Counted from the whole stretch's first letter, positions 49,450 through 61,916 are shown. The stretch is DNA of 63,444 bases, filler included, from Rhabdomonas costata (GCA_019059605.1; 39 parts of 39 records of this genome joined end to end with filler, not necessarily neighbours in it), one strand, 5' to 3'. The notes: a model not told the origin generated them from the letters alone. Program-made: numbers and translations.

Positions 49450-51551
49450 GTACCCAGCTCCCCTGCGAGCCCTTTCACATCGACCGGTGCCTGCCTCCAG
49501 CCGCTCCACTCCACTCCACCCCCGTCCGCTCATCTCTGCACTCCTTCCTTGGGGGGCTGGGGCATTTTCTCGGGGGAACGACCCTTTGAGCTTTTCTTTC
49601 GGATGGGTGAACGGGCAGCACAGGTATCTACAGGCGTTGCCGTGCCAGCACATCACTCTATAGTTGCGTTGCGGGCTACTTCTGCCCTCTTCCGCTGAAC
49701 CTCCTGTACTTCGGTGTCGGGTGTGCGTGTGTGTGTGTGTGTGTGTGCGTGCCCATCAACCCTCTTGTGGGAAGGCCAGCAAGCTGCACAAGTCGATGAG
49801 CACGTCCTCAGCCGCCGCGGCCGGGGAGCACCTCCGCGAAAGCCCGCGCAGGGACGCAGCGATGGTCTGCAGAATCCAAATTCCATGCAATTCACCGCAG
49901 CCCCACAAGAAATCCAATCGCAACGCTCGGCAAAAATGCCCGTGGTCATGTCGTGCGAGCTCTGCGTAGGTGTCGTGAGATACTGAAAGAAACCCCAAGG
50001 TCTGAAAGAATTTCCCTCACACGTTTGTGAGCTTTTTGATGCCATCCATGTCACTGACTGATAAACTGAAAGGCTCAATAGACTAGCCCATGGCAAAAAC
50101 CACATCACAGCACGACAGAACAGCACCTTCAGGCGGTAGTCGGTGTCACTCTGCCCCTCGGCGCCGGAGTCGAAGCTGTCACTAGGCCCTCCAGCAGACA
50201 AGAGCTCCTGCACCCTCCTTGCCGTCGTCTTCAGCTCAGACGACACAACCAGCTCTGAGCCTGGAGCTTGTGAGGGGCCTGAAGCCCACCAGAAGATGCC
50301 ACTTGCAAGCACCGTTGAAGAATAAAGTCAAGGGTGTATCGAGTAAGTTAGAGAGATTGGAAACAATCGATCCGACTTAAAAAGGAATAGTAGAAGCACT
50401 GCTGTGACCAAACCCCNNNNNNNNNNNNNNNNNNNNNNNNNNNNNNNNNNNNNNNNNNNNTTAATTAATTAANNNNNNNNNNNNNNNNNNNNNNNNNNNN
50501 NNNNNNNNNNNNNNNNGGTGGGTTGGGTATTTAGCTTAGGATTAGGGTTGGGGGAAGAAACGTCACAACCGTTGTTACGACTTTCGGGAGTTGATAAACC
50601 GTTTTTAGTGCCCAGAAATCCTGTCAAAACGTCAAAATCATGGGAAATGGGGGGAGTACGGAATGTGCCCTTGAGTCCACCAACTGACGTCTTCAACCAC
50701 AGGCAATGCATTCCTTTTTGCAGACATACCCACAGCGTTTTCAGCCCCAGGCGCAGATGAAGAAGACGGCCTCCGGTGCGAGTGCCCATGCTGCGGGTTT
50801 GCCGAGGCAAACGTGTAAAGCGGGGGCGCTACGAGACGGGTCTCGGGCCGTCTCGGGTCATTAAACCGAACAAAGCTGCGAAGCAAAGGAACCTAAATCA
50901 AGCCGGAAGGGCATGGGCTTCGCACAGAAGGAGCAGAAAAAAGTAACCCCCCACAGGCAACCAAGAACACACCGAGAACATCACCAACGCCAAGAACATC
51001 AGTCCTCCTCCCTTCTACAATGTATATTCTGCACGCACCGCCTCAGCGCACCACACAGTGTCTTTTTACGTCCCTTTCCTCTCGCTGTACCTCACAGTAT
51101 ATGTTCCCCAGATTCCCGTCTATTGTTTCTGATCTTACTACAAATTACCACCGATTTCCTTCAAAGATGTGATTGATGGAGACCGTTTGAACTTACGCGA
51201 CAGACTTCTGTTGGAATTGTCACAATTTTATCTTTCTCAGGGTTCCGGGTGTTACTGGGCGACCTCAGTCTTGGGAAATCCGCCTTCTGCAGCGCCTTCT
51301 AACCTTGCACGATCCTAATTTGCAGGCCCACACAAATACAAACACACTAATTACAAGGCGATGGGAGCTGTTGTATCGGGGACAGGGGTGGGGAGCAAAA
51401 TACTGTCCCAATCGACTCGCAACTCCTAAAACGTTTGACGGCGTTGAAGCTCAACGTTGAACGCCCCCCCCCCCAATACAACACGCAACAGAGCAACACG
51501 GCAATACTCTACCTGTGATCTGCGATAACAAAAACACGCGACGCGACATAC

Positions 51552-52044
51552 GTTAAAAACTCATGGGCGTCCACAGACCCCGACTTGTCGAGGTCGATGC
51601 GGGGGAAAATTTCCTGGACTTGTTGGTGGGAAAAGGGATACCGCATGTCCTGACAAAGCCGGTACAACTCACCAGGACTCAACTTACCTGAGCGACAAAA
51701 GAAAAACATACCAGCAGATCACCCGAAGCCATCAGGTACAGCTGGTTGATGGAACAGCCCCAGCAACCTCGACAAGCGACAACGACAAAACAACTCCGGA
51801 TGGGCAAGGTAAAAATAGAAGACGCAAGGTCAAGCCAAACTTGACCTTGAACTTGACCGACAGCAAATAAACCCCACTTAAAGCACATCGCACGTACAGA
51901 TACCGACTCAACACCTATAAAAAGCCGCGAAAAAAATATGTACACTCACCGTCTTGATTTTCGTCATACTGGTGAAACTGCATCATGAACTGCTCGTAGT
52001 CAATCTGGCTCATCCCGTATAGAATGTCCGGCTTCGGACGCTTG
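51552..52044 (-). CDS. Calmodulin-like EF-hand protein (partial, 2 exons)
   Basis: Exons 52044-51950 and 51687-51552 encode QFHQYDENQDGKLSPGELYRLC...IFPRIDLDKSGSVDAHEFL, two canonical EF-hand loops. Confidence 0.9.
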
Positions 52045-52910
52045 NNNNNNNNNNNNNNNNNNNNNNNNNNNNNNNNNNNNNNNNNNNNTTAATTAATTAA
52101 NNNNNNNNNNNNNNNNNNNNNNNNNNNNNNNNNNNNNNNNNNNNGGCCTGTTCTTTTTGTTGTGTCGTGCCCTTGAATGTAAATATAAAGCGCAGTGTTG
52201 TTGTTTTGGCATTGTACCAACGCTATGACTGATTGTCCTCCCCAGTTTTGTGCAGGGTGGAGGGGTGGGGACGGGAAACCGTTCGGCCTACAGGCTTGAA
52301 AATGGGAGCTGCATCAAATCTTTCATAAGGAAATGGAGCCCCTTTTCCTCCCATAAACGGGCACAGGCGCTGTCATTATTGCCAATGACGGTTAGGAGGT
52401 GCACTTGCAATCTGAATTTTTTGGTGATTTTAACATTATTCTGCCCTGGGGCCAGAAATTCGTAGTGGGGAAGCGCAAAACTCAGTGCATTGGAAACCAT
52501 CTCTTGGTAGATCGGTGAGGTTTCGCAATGCTGGATCTAGTACAGCTTGATTCAAATGAGATGCACGAACCTGCGCTCAAGCGCAGCTTGCACAACTTGA
52601 GCGGCCTACCACTTCTTGACGATTTCGAGGCCTTCTGAGGGGCATTTTGGGTCGGTAACCTCCACATGGTGGCAATGATGCGGGCCGGGAGTCCGCATGA
52701 CTTTGGAGTCATGCAACGTTGAGCTCAAGCTCGCTGCGCGACAGTTGTATTTCAGTTCTCCCCGACACTGCTCGTTCCTCTCATCTCTTTTCAGTTGTGG
52801 GGGACTTCTGGGTGAGCCTCCACTGCTTCACCACCAGTAATCTTTGCTTGGCCATAGGCCTTGCCATTCCCCCGCCCGACCTTGCACACGCATGATACTG
52901 TGGGCGGAAA

Positions 52911-53585
52911 ATGGACCTTGAGGAGAGCCTTCTGGAAAAGCCTTTGGCTCTCTCCAGCGGGGGCCTCACCCTCCGCCAGCACGAGTTTCTCCACTGCTTA
53001 GCCTTTGCAGGGGAGGTCTTCCGGTACACAATCGCTGATCCCCAGTTCAGCCCCCGCTACACCGTCGGAATGGTGCTGAGTGGGCTACAGGCGTTCCGTC
53101 GGAACATTTTTACTCTGCGTGTGCTTCGCTTTGCGCGAGGGGTGCGGCGGGTAGGGCGGTGGTTCCGACGGTGGCTGGACACGCGGAACGCGGAGCTGCT
53201 GAAGGTTATTGTGCCATGGGGTGATGGGTGAGGCCTGATTCATTTCTTTCGGTGGGGTTTTAACAAGGGACTATCTTCCGTCCTGTGAAGGTATCCGATA
53301 CGATTGGAAAATGTGATGAATATGCCGTGGTCATGGGGTGGTGGCGCCTCTCTCATGCCTACACACGAGCCTTACCCATTCATGTTGTTTCATGTCATGG
53401 AAAGCGGGAGGCTTCACGTGTGCACTCCATTACCCATTGCTCCGCTCTTTCGAGCCCGCGCGCGGGGACGTCCTGCTGCTTCCCCACCACCCCCCTCCCC
53501 GGGGTGTGTAGGTCACCCAGAGCTGGGTACAGTACGAGGAGGAGCAGCGGAAAGCCCTGCGGAAGGAGAACTACAAGGACTGCCG
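52911..53585 (+). CDS. Hypothetical protein, two exons (5' boundary uncertain)
   Basis: Open frame to a donor at 53204 (...RWLDTRNAELLK), then an exon from 53512 (VTQSWVQYEEEQRKALRKENYKDC) ending at GTGAGC. Confidence 0.5.
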
Positions 53586-54060
53586 GTGAGCCGTGCCTGT
53601 AACCTCCCCCAACCTCTGTTTTGCTCTGCAGTGAGTTTTTACCAACGTTGACATCCCCTCATCAACACCCCCNNNNNNNNNNNNNNNNNNNNNNNNNNNN
53701 NNNNNNNNNNNNNNNNTTAATTAATTAANNNNNNNNNNNNNNNNNNNNNNNNNNNNNNNNNNNNNNNNNNNNGGTGGTGGTGTGGTTCGCAGGCCCTTTG
53801 ATAGCTTTTGCAGCCTTGGGGTCAGTGACTGTGGAGGTTTTTTCGGTTTTGCCGAACTTTGCCAAGGCTGATGCGTGGAGGTAACTCTGGGCTGCATTTG
53901 TGGCAAGAGCACCTCTTTTTGAGTTTACGATTTGGTTAACTTCACCAGTTTCACGCTTTAGAAGGCCTCCCGTGCCAGTGCACCTTTGGATGGACTTGCG
54001 GCAAGCGCACCTCTCTTTGTGTTGGCACTTTTCTGTCAATGCATTGCTCTCAATCGACAG

Positions 54061-54216
54061 CCTTTCCGTGCTTCGAGGACCAGGCAGAGTGCAACAAATT
54101 CTGCGAGAGCATCGCCAACAAGTGTTCGGTTTGTCCCCACGAACTGGGCGGCGGGTGGATGTGCCTCCCGGGGACCTCCCCCACTGGGGTGGTGAAAGCT
54201 GCTCCTGAGCCGCTGG
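54061..54216 (+). CDS. Small Cys-rich exon
   Basis: AG|FPCFEDQAECNKFCESIANKCSVCPHELGGGWMCLPG...|GT, with six Cys. Confidence 0.55.
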
Positions 54217-55060
54217 GTATCTCTCTCCTGTGGCTTTTCGAGAAGGTTTGGCAGTTTGGGATGCCCGACATCGGGTATACAGTGAAATTTACCTCGAAAC
54301 TGGGAAAAAGGGATGATGATTTTTGGGTGATTCCCCTGGCCATGGTCCCTGCCTCTTCTGGCCGCTGCTGTGCCTGGCCTCCGCCCTTAAAATAATGTTG
54401 GCCCTGTTCATCCGCCATGTCCCCAACGGTTAGTGGTCATGTGTCACGCCTCCCCCCCAAGAAAAATATTTTCTTCATCCTTTTCCTTCGGGGGAATCAA
54501 TGCGTTCCAAAAACACACCCAACCGCGTCCCAAGTACGCAGAAAATGTTTCGAAGTGCTTCTACAAGCATCGCTATAACGCTATAACGGGCCATATCTTT
54601 GCGTGGAAATCAGACGTGCAATTGCTTTGTTCAAAAATTGTCCACGACAATACGGTGAACTCCAACGGAAAGCGTCCGCCGCGACATCTCCCTCTCCAAA
54701 TAAATCGAGTGAAAAGCTTGCGATAGTTTCCAGCGTAATGAAGATGTACAATTTTACAATAGCAGCATTTTTTTTCACAATTTTATTTAAAGGGAAGGGT
54801 TGCAAAAATAAAATCTCTTGGGTACGTTAAAGGCGACCCGGTTGCCATCAGGAAGACTCCAACCTCCTCACGCGAGCTCAGTAAATTCAGCACGGCATGC
54901 AGCCTTCAATACGGGGGGTGGGGAAGGAGACTCTTTATAAAGCTTATGAAATCAATATTGGGCTTGTAACTTTTACAATGTACTGACCACTAGCAAAAAA
55001 AAATGGAACCAAGAGTACCCGTTAGGCGGTATGAAGCCAATATGGGGGGGGGGTACGTAC

Positions 55061-55142
55061 CAGGTATTGGTGGTGCAGCACCACCCACAGCTGTCGGTGG
55101 AGTTGAGACAGTTGTCCATCGAACGATGCTCGCGGCAACGAT
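55061..55142 (-). CDS. PSI (plexin-repeat)-like exon
   Basis: CAG|RCREHRSMDNCLNSTDSCGWCCTTNT|GTACGT, containing a CGWC motif. Confidence 0.6.
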
Positions 55143-55616
55143 CTGAAAGCATGTGTCGGGGGTGTTGCAAGTGTTTGGGGGTGATGATGAATACCGCGTT
55201 TGTCCATAGGAAAACGGGAAGGCACATCGATAAAAGGTCTTTGCAAACGAGTACGAGTGGAAACCAGGCAGATGCAGTGGAGGAACAAATACAACAAACC
55301 CNNNNNNNNNNNNNNNNNNNNNNNNNNNNNNNNNNNNNNNNNNNNTTAATTAATTAANNNNNNNNNNNNNNNNNNNNNNNNNNNNNNNNNNNNNNNNNNN
55401 NATACCCAGGTAAGATATTCGATAGCAATTCGAAATCTTTTCCGAGCTCTGGTTGGTGTTTTAGCATAGCCTTGCGGTGAGAGGCGTAAGTATGGAATTA
55501 TGACTTTCTCCCGACCAGTCGGTGAGCCGATAACGTCCACCGTTACGTTTTTCTGGTTGCCCCCTTGGTGGCTCGGTCGTGCCCTTGGATTGCGTTTATA
55601 TCGCCCCTCTGCGCAG

Positions 55617-55767
55617 GAGCTTTGCCGGGCCGAGGTGGCCCATGAAGGCCTTGGCCACATTGAGCTGCTGGCGAGGTGCTTCCAGCAGGCCGCCAGCCTG
55701 GTCACTGAGGAGCAGCAGCTTCGCGAGGCTGCGGAGAAGCAGGCCCTAGTGGAGCTCTGCGCTGCTC
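55617..55767 (+). CDS. Coiled-coil-like exon of a hypothetical protein
   Basis: CAG|ELCRAEVAHEG...EEQQLREAAEKQALVELCAA|GTATGT. Confidence 0.5.
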
Positions 55768-57729
55768 GTATGTTTGTTTGCTCCCGTATTCGTCTGCGTG
55801 TAAGTAGGTGTGTGCACGTATATTTATGTGTGCTTTGGAGGAGGTTTCCCCCCCTCATCTCGCAGCGCAAAGACAGTGCTTGCCGAAGTGTTTGCGTCTG
55901 CGCACCGGCGGCGTTGCTCTGGGGCAGGTTTTTTGATGAGGGGATGGTGACGGTCACCAATGGTAAAAGCCCTCGAAGTGGGTGAACTTTTGGGGAAATG
56001 ACCAGCAGCTTGCTTCTTAGGTGGGCGGATGGGGCGGGAACGTGGATTTGAGGGGCCTATAATGAATTTTGGCATGATTGGGCTCACTAGAAAAAATTGT
56101 TCCCACTGGTAGCCATTACTACCCCCCCCCCCAACATCAATTGCACCTAACCTTGAACAAAATCCGCCTATTACGAGCATGCACATTTTGATGTTTGAAG
56201 AGTGGTTCTTCTTCCGTTTCTTGTATCCTGGGGGTCAGGCCGCAGGTGCCATTGACTCAAACACGCAGCTGACTGTGCCTGTGACTGTGGATAGGACGGA
56301 TTTGGTGGTTCTGGACCGTGCGTGCATACGATTTTACGGGTGGTGTGCATCTATATTATTCTCTCAGGTGACAAGAATCAGAGCAAAGCAGGGCGAAAGC
56401 ACTGGCGTACATTCACACCTGAGCTGACACACTTCTGGTCCATATCTCGCAGACCTTGCAGGGCAGCGGCGATGGACCGCTGCAGCGTGGCATCACTCTG
56501 GCTCAGCTCAGATTGGTCAATGGCTGCATACTCCTGCACCCATTAATTAAAAGATCAATGCGCTGAAAGCCCACAGCCTTGCACCTTGGATCGGGTTTAA
56601 TGTGGAACGTTTCCAGGTCCCAACTATCGATGGGGCATGGACATTCCCTTTTCTTTTTCCGGGTAACCCCACGTCTCATTGTGCCACGCCATTTCCTCCT
56701 CCGTCATACTTTCCTCTCACATTTCATCATCCCTTGAGCGAAACTGTTTCACGTTTTGGGCGCCACTTTCTCCCGCGCGGAGTTGTCCGTTTCTGGCAAT
56801 CATTGGAGAAATGTTCGTTCGGAATTCCCGACTGGTGCGTCAAGGGACATGTATCTGAGAGCCCAATTGGTATTTGGCCTCATCCTAGGAGAGTTGGCAA
56901 GCCAGAAACAAGAAGTGTTGCTCGGAAGGNNNNNNNNNNNNNNNNNNNNNNNNNNNNNNNNNNNNNNNNNNNNTTAATTAATTAANNNNNNNNNNNNNNN
57001 NNNNNNNNNNNNNNNNNNNNNNNNNNNNNGTGTTGGGTGTGGTTGGGGGGGGTGGGATATGCGTACACACTAGGGACCGCTGGGTCCGTGGGTTTGTGCA
57101 AACGTCCGCGGGTCTATTCACCGACGCATCACGTCCCTCCGCGTTTCGCCAGTGTGGGCACGTCCCTCCGAACAGTTCCCGATGTGCAACTTCCTAGTCG
57201 TCTCCATTATAAACTACACACTGAGACGCATTGACCTGAACATCCAACCTGTGTCAGGACTCCTTCGTGTCTTCGTTAAAGGTTCACAGACCACAAGTCC
57301 GGAGGCGTCATAACATGTAGCCCACTGCGTGAGGCTCTGTGAGACTCGGCAATTGCATTCAGCGCTCAAACCGCGAAAAAACGGACGAAATATAAACACG
57401 CAGGGACCCTCCTGGGTGTTTATACTGGGTCGCGGCCCCATGGCCCGACGTTATGAGGTTGTGTGCTCGAATCGGTGGTCAAGTTCTCTCCAACCTTCAG
57501 ATCTTCATATTGGCATTTAGTATTAGCTTCGAACGTAAGCTTCAAGATTCTAAAAAATCTGAAAACCTGACAGATCGATTTTTGACTGATCAACTGCTGT
57601 TAAAGAACCTCGACGGGTTAAACATGCAAGCGAAACGCCGTCTTCATCCCTCGACCGCCAATAAAGCTCTTGGATGGATCAGAAGACCACCAAGATCCAC
57701 AGACTGTTCTGCAAATTCACTTGAAGTAC

Positions 57730-58558
57730 TCATTGAGGCCGTATCAGTCTGCTCACCACAGCCAAACACGTTCGAGCACCGCTCTCTGAAATTTCTGTTC
57801 CTCTGCAAAGCACTTCTTCGGCAAGTCTTACCCACAGCTGCGACTGAGAGAGACGATGAGGCTTTCGAGGAGCTTGCAAGGTGAGCAGCAGGTGGCTGAG
57901 TTCCTCTGGCTGCATCTGCCGTGCTCGACGGAGCAGAATATTATGAAACTGCTCTCGCTGCGAGGGAAGGAGTTTCACTGAGCATGAACAATTAAAAAGC
58001 GATGCAAGACCTCCGTGCGACAAATCAGGGGACAGCACAGCAAGCCGCGCGATAAGAGCAGCCCCTGCTTGGGGAGTGAGGTTCCCACGGAGCCCACAAA
58101 AGCATCGAAGAAGGTCACGAGAACTGAGATGCGGTGAAACGCTGACAACGCGCTCGCCCAAAACCGAATGCAACCCCTCCAAATGACAGCTGCGCTTGAA
58201 AAATCCATCAATGCACAGCGATATCTCCAAAGCAGAAAAGCTGGAAACACACCTAACTGCACCCTTCGAAAGCAGTTCCCAAAGTAACTTATCCTGAACC
58301 TCGACCTTGGGAAACCCGTTGACACAGTTCGAAATATCCTGCGCATTCATCCGGGCGGATTCTCGGATCGCTCCTTGGGCCAAAGCGCTCCACAGCGCTC
58401 GATCCTGAACCTCGGCCTTGGGAAACCCGTTGACACAGTTTGCAATCTCCTGCGCATTCATCCGGGCGGATTCTCGGATCGCTCCTTGGGCCAAAGCGCT
58501 CCACAGCGCTCGATCCTGAACCTCGGCCTTGGGAAACCCGTTGACACAGTTCACAACC
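57730..58558 (-). CDS. 37-aa helical-repeat protein (HPR/OPR/DUF1601-like), 5'-partial, no intron seen
   Basis: 274-aa ORF with two near-identical units CVNGFPKAEVQDRALWSALAQGAIRESARMNAQ(E/D)I(A/S)N, followed by progressively diverged units. The DNA period is exactly 111 bp (GGGAAACCCGTT at 58309, 58420 and 58531). Confidence 0.82.
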
Positions 58559-58662
58559 NNNNNNNNNNNNNNNNNNNNNNNNNNNNNNNNNNNNNNNNNN
58601 NNTTAATTAATTAANNNNNNNNNNNNNNNNNNNNNNNNNNNNNNNNNNNNNNNNNNNNGTTG

Positions 58663-58808
58663 TTTTGTGGAATAGAACGTGGGGATGTCTTTATGAGATG
58701 CTTCCGCGTGCCCCGTGCGGGCCACGCACGCCGCCAGCTGCGAGGCGGTCGAGCACGGAGCACGCGGAAGCATCTCATAAAGACATCCCCACGTTCTATT
58801 CCGCAAAA
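58663..58808. repeat. 56-bp inverted repeat (2 mismatches) at contig start
   Basis: 58663-58718 pairs with 58753-58808. Confidence 0.95.
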
Positions 58809-59196
58809 GAATATCAATCCTTCCACATTAATCAGTGTGTGTATGAGTGTGGGTGTAGGGGTGTGCGTGCGTGCGTTTGAGGCTCTTTGTGGGAACGTGC
58901 GTGTGCCCAGTAACCCTGGGCCAAGGGCACAAATTGTGTTCATGCCTTACTGAAGCGTTTGTGCGTTTGTGCTTTTCGTTTCGAATGTCGAGGATTGGCA
59001 TGAAGTGGTGTTTTATTCCGTGTTTCCTAAAAGTAGGCAGGCGAGTTCACTCTGCCTTCCCTTTTCCTTCCTGCACTTATCGCTCTGGGGCACCGCTCTT
59101 CGGCGGCATTTATTTTTCCAGCGCATATCGGCCGTTTTCTGGTGGTACCTCGCCCAACTACTTATCGCCTGTCCCTGTTTACCAGTTGCAAATGAA

Positions 59197-59343
59197 GGGG
59201 TTTCGATGGAATGCGGTGGGCGTTGCAGTGACTCTGAACAACCTTGGGTGCATGGAGAAGCAGCGGGGGAACCTTTCTCTGGCGCTGGAATATATGCAGC
59301 GCGCGATCAAAGCCGAGGAGGCACTGCCGAAGCAATCCCCCAC
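59197..59343 (+). CDS. TPR-motif exon (5' boundary approximate)
   Basis: VAVTLNNLGCMEKQRGNLSLALEYMQRAIKAE matches the TPR consensus; GTATGG donor at 59344. Confidence 0.8.
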
Positions 59344-60777
59344 GTATGGGGCGGGTGGTCCAGCCAGAAATAGATCACCACCTTTTTTGTGGGCTTAGCC
59401 GTTACGATTCGAGTTTCAATCGTTTAGGACTTAAAACCCAATAATTTTCAGTGGTTTGAGGAAACGCGCATCTTTGCGCGCGTCCGTTTTTGCACGACAT
59501 CAATCATTTTTTTGGGTGTTAGGAGTGCTTGCTTGAAATGCGGGTGAGCAAGCTAGAGTGTTTCAAGTTTCCGCTGTGCTTCCCCATAAGACAGTTTCAA
59601 GTAAGGTCGCTTTAGGAAAGTTCCTTCCTGCGCTGAAATTCCATTTGCACTTGAACTGCAAGTGCTGTTTCTCACGCAGTTTCAGGGTGCTAGAACACGC
59701 ACAAAATGGCTGCGGTCCCAGATATTATCATATTCGAGCATTGGTGCAGCACTGCTGCCAGGATGTTCTTCAGAATTTGCATCGCGCCAAGCTTCGACCT
59801 TTTGTGCCAAGGCTGTGGCTATCCTGTCTCCTACCCGTGATCACTCGCTTCTGGTGAAATCTTGTGAAGAGAGAGAAGACTACTCAAATCGATGTTTTGG
59901 GTTTTTCCTGGTGGACCAAGCAGTAAAATAACTCTCTTTGAAATAGGACGTCTTATTCCACACGACATGACACTCGCCCTCGCTTATTGTTGCTGGAATA
60001 GCCGAGATGGCTTACAGTGGTTCACACCGGCAACCACAACATCATCATTACCACCTGTTCTCTGCCACTTGCTTGATGGCGGCTAGTTAGAACGTCCATT
60101 GTCCTGCACGGTGCAGCACAAGCAGAAAGCGCAAAGGACGGCAGGGCGTGCACGCGGTTCAGCGTCAACAAGAGGGGAAAGTCAGACNNNNNNNNNNNNN
60201 NNNNNNNNNNNNNNNNNNNNNNNNNNNNNNNTTAATTAATTAANNNNNNNNNNNNNNNNNNNNNNNNNNNNNNNNNNNNNNNNNNNNGTTCTCGCAATAC
60301 AAAACCTCTCCCGTTCCCGTCCCCCCCCCCCCATACAGTGAATATGGAGTGCGAAACCTTGATGGCAGAATGTCCCATCGGGACCTGCGCCTCGCTGGCC
60401 TATATATTGACCAGGCGGAATAGGAAGCACCGAGTTTCAGAATTATTGTCCTCTTCAAGCCCCTTTTCATTTCGAGTTTTGTCAGTTGGTCAGTTGCAAA
60501 CTCATTTCTTGCTGGGCTTTGGCCCGGAAGAAGGAAAGGATTATCTGAGAGGCGGAGGGCTGCGGAAGCCACTCCACGGAGCGGCAGGAGCGGCGGGGAC
60601 GTTTTGTGGGTTTTCTGGGGGTATATCCTCTATGGTAACGTGGTCAAACCTAAGCATTTTCACTGGTGTCGAGCCCCCTTCACATAGTCAAATAGGGTTT
60701 ACAGGCGTCAAACCGTTAACACCCTCCCCACCCCACAAAAAACACGGCAAAGCTGCAATTTACACAAGGAAGCATAC

Positions 60778-61252
60778 CTGTGTAGGCCGGAAGTCCAGTA
60801 TACGACACCCCAAGCATGCTGCCCGACTGCGAGCTGAACGCAAGCTCGATCGCCCTTTGCTGATCCGGGCTCACAGTGCAGCTCCTCCCAGACGGGCAGT
60901 ACCGCAGCGTGCTGGTCACGGCGGAGGTGCTGTTGGGACCCGAGGGCTTCTGCGCCAAAATCATCTCATAGCCCTCCGACAGGCGATTCTGGTTGAATCG
61001 GTTTACAATCTGCGGGGCACTGGCGGTGGTCACCCCGGCTACGGCACAGGCCTCGGTGAGGGTGTTTGCCAACGTACCCATCCGGGTCATCATGCGGTCC
61101 ACGGAGACATCCTCGAAAAGGTCGTCCACAAGTCGAGCCGTGACCTGTGCTGCGTTGAGCTGATGGTCTTGCGTGGTGCGCAGGTTAACGTTGTAGCCGA
61201 CCTGCTCCACCATCGCCGAGAGCATCAGTGTCGAAGAGCGCTGGTTGGAGAG
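60778..61252 (-). CDS. Large exon, possibly a Cache-like extracellular sensor region
   Basis: CAG|...|GTATGC-bounded 475-nt open exon. Its end, AIELAFSSQSGSMLGVSYTGLPAY, resembles the Cache pattern ALxGxxG...xYxGxxV. The domain call is weak. Confidence 0.5.
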
Positions 61253-61916
61253 CTGGAGAAAAACACAAGTAAAAAAGAGACAAAGATCTTCCACAGGGTT
61301 TGGGTCAAACTGGCCCCATGACGATTGGACTGTTCAGACAGTCCAGAGAAAGGGGTGTCTGCGCTTCCCAAAAGGTCTGCTTAGGGAGAGGCACAGAGAA
61401 AATTATTTGTGTAGATTCATGAAACCAAACTCGTGCAGAGCGTCGCCGAGGGTCGAGAGGAGGACCACTGGTTTGGAGAGAAGTAATTGCATGCTAAATT
61501 CCATTTACACGCATCATGCAGGTTTCTTCGCCACCGTACCTTTTAGGTCACCACCACACACTTGAAAAAATACAAAACAGACACCGCACTAGCGGGCAGG
61601 CGGGGAGCCGCAAAAAATCTCCCTGCCTCTGAATAGTCCGAAATGACACAAGCGCATTGCGCGCACCCCTTACACAAATTGGGAAAATGGGTTGATTTCG
61701 TCAGACATCTTCACTCACCCACTCTTTTATTCATACACGTGTGGAAAGAGTCAAGCAGGCAGTTGACTCGAACGACATGCATCCACGTGCTGTGAAACGA
61801 TGTGTTCACACACAACNNNNNNNNNNNNNNNNNNNNNNNNNNNNNNNNNNNNNNNNNNNNTTAATTAATTAANNNNNNNNNNNNNNNNNNNNNNNNNNNN
61901 NNNNNNNNNNNNNNNN

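Noticed and set aside
50517-50553. Degenerate TTAGGG-like tract at contig start
   Set aside because: Only one perfect unit, overlapping the G/T-rich primer-like end.
60338-61321. 327-aa plus-strand ORF
   Set aside because: It is the antisense shadow of the GC3-rich minus-strand exon 60778-61252 and has no recognisable motifs.
1531-61916. Regularly spaced TTAATTAATTAA palindrome resembling a repeat array or CRISPR
   Set aside because: It is always embedded in 44+44 N and is an artificial six-frame-stop linker. ORFs ending in X...LIN are artefacts of it.
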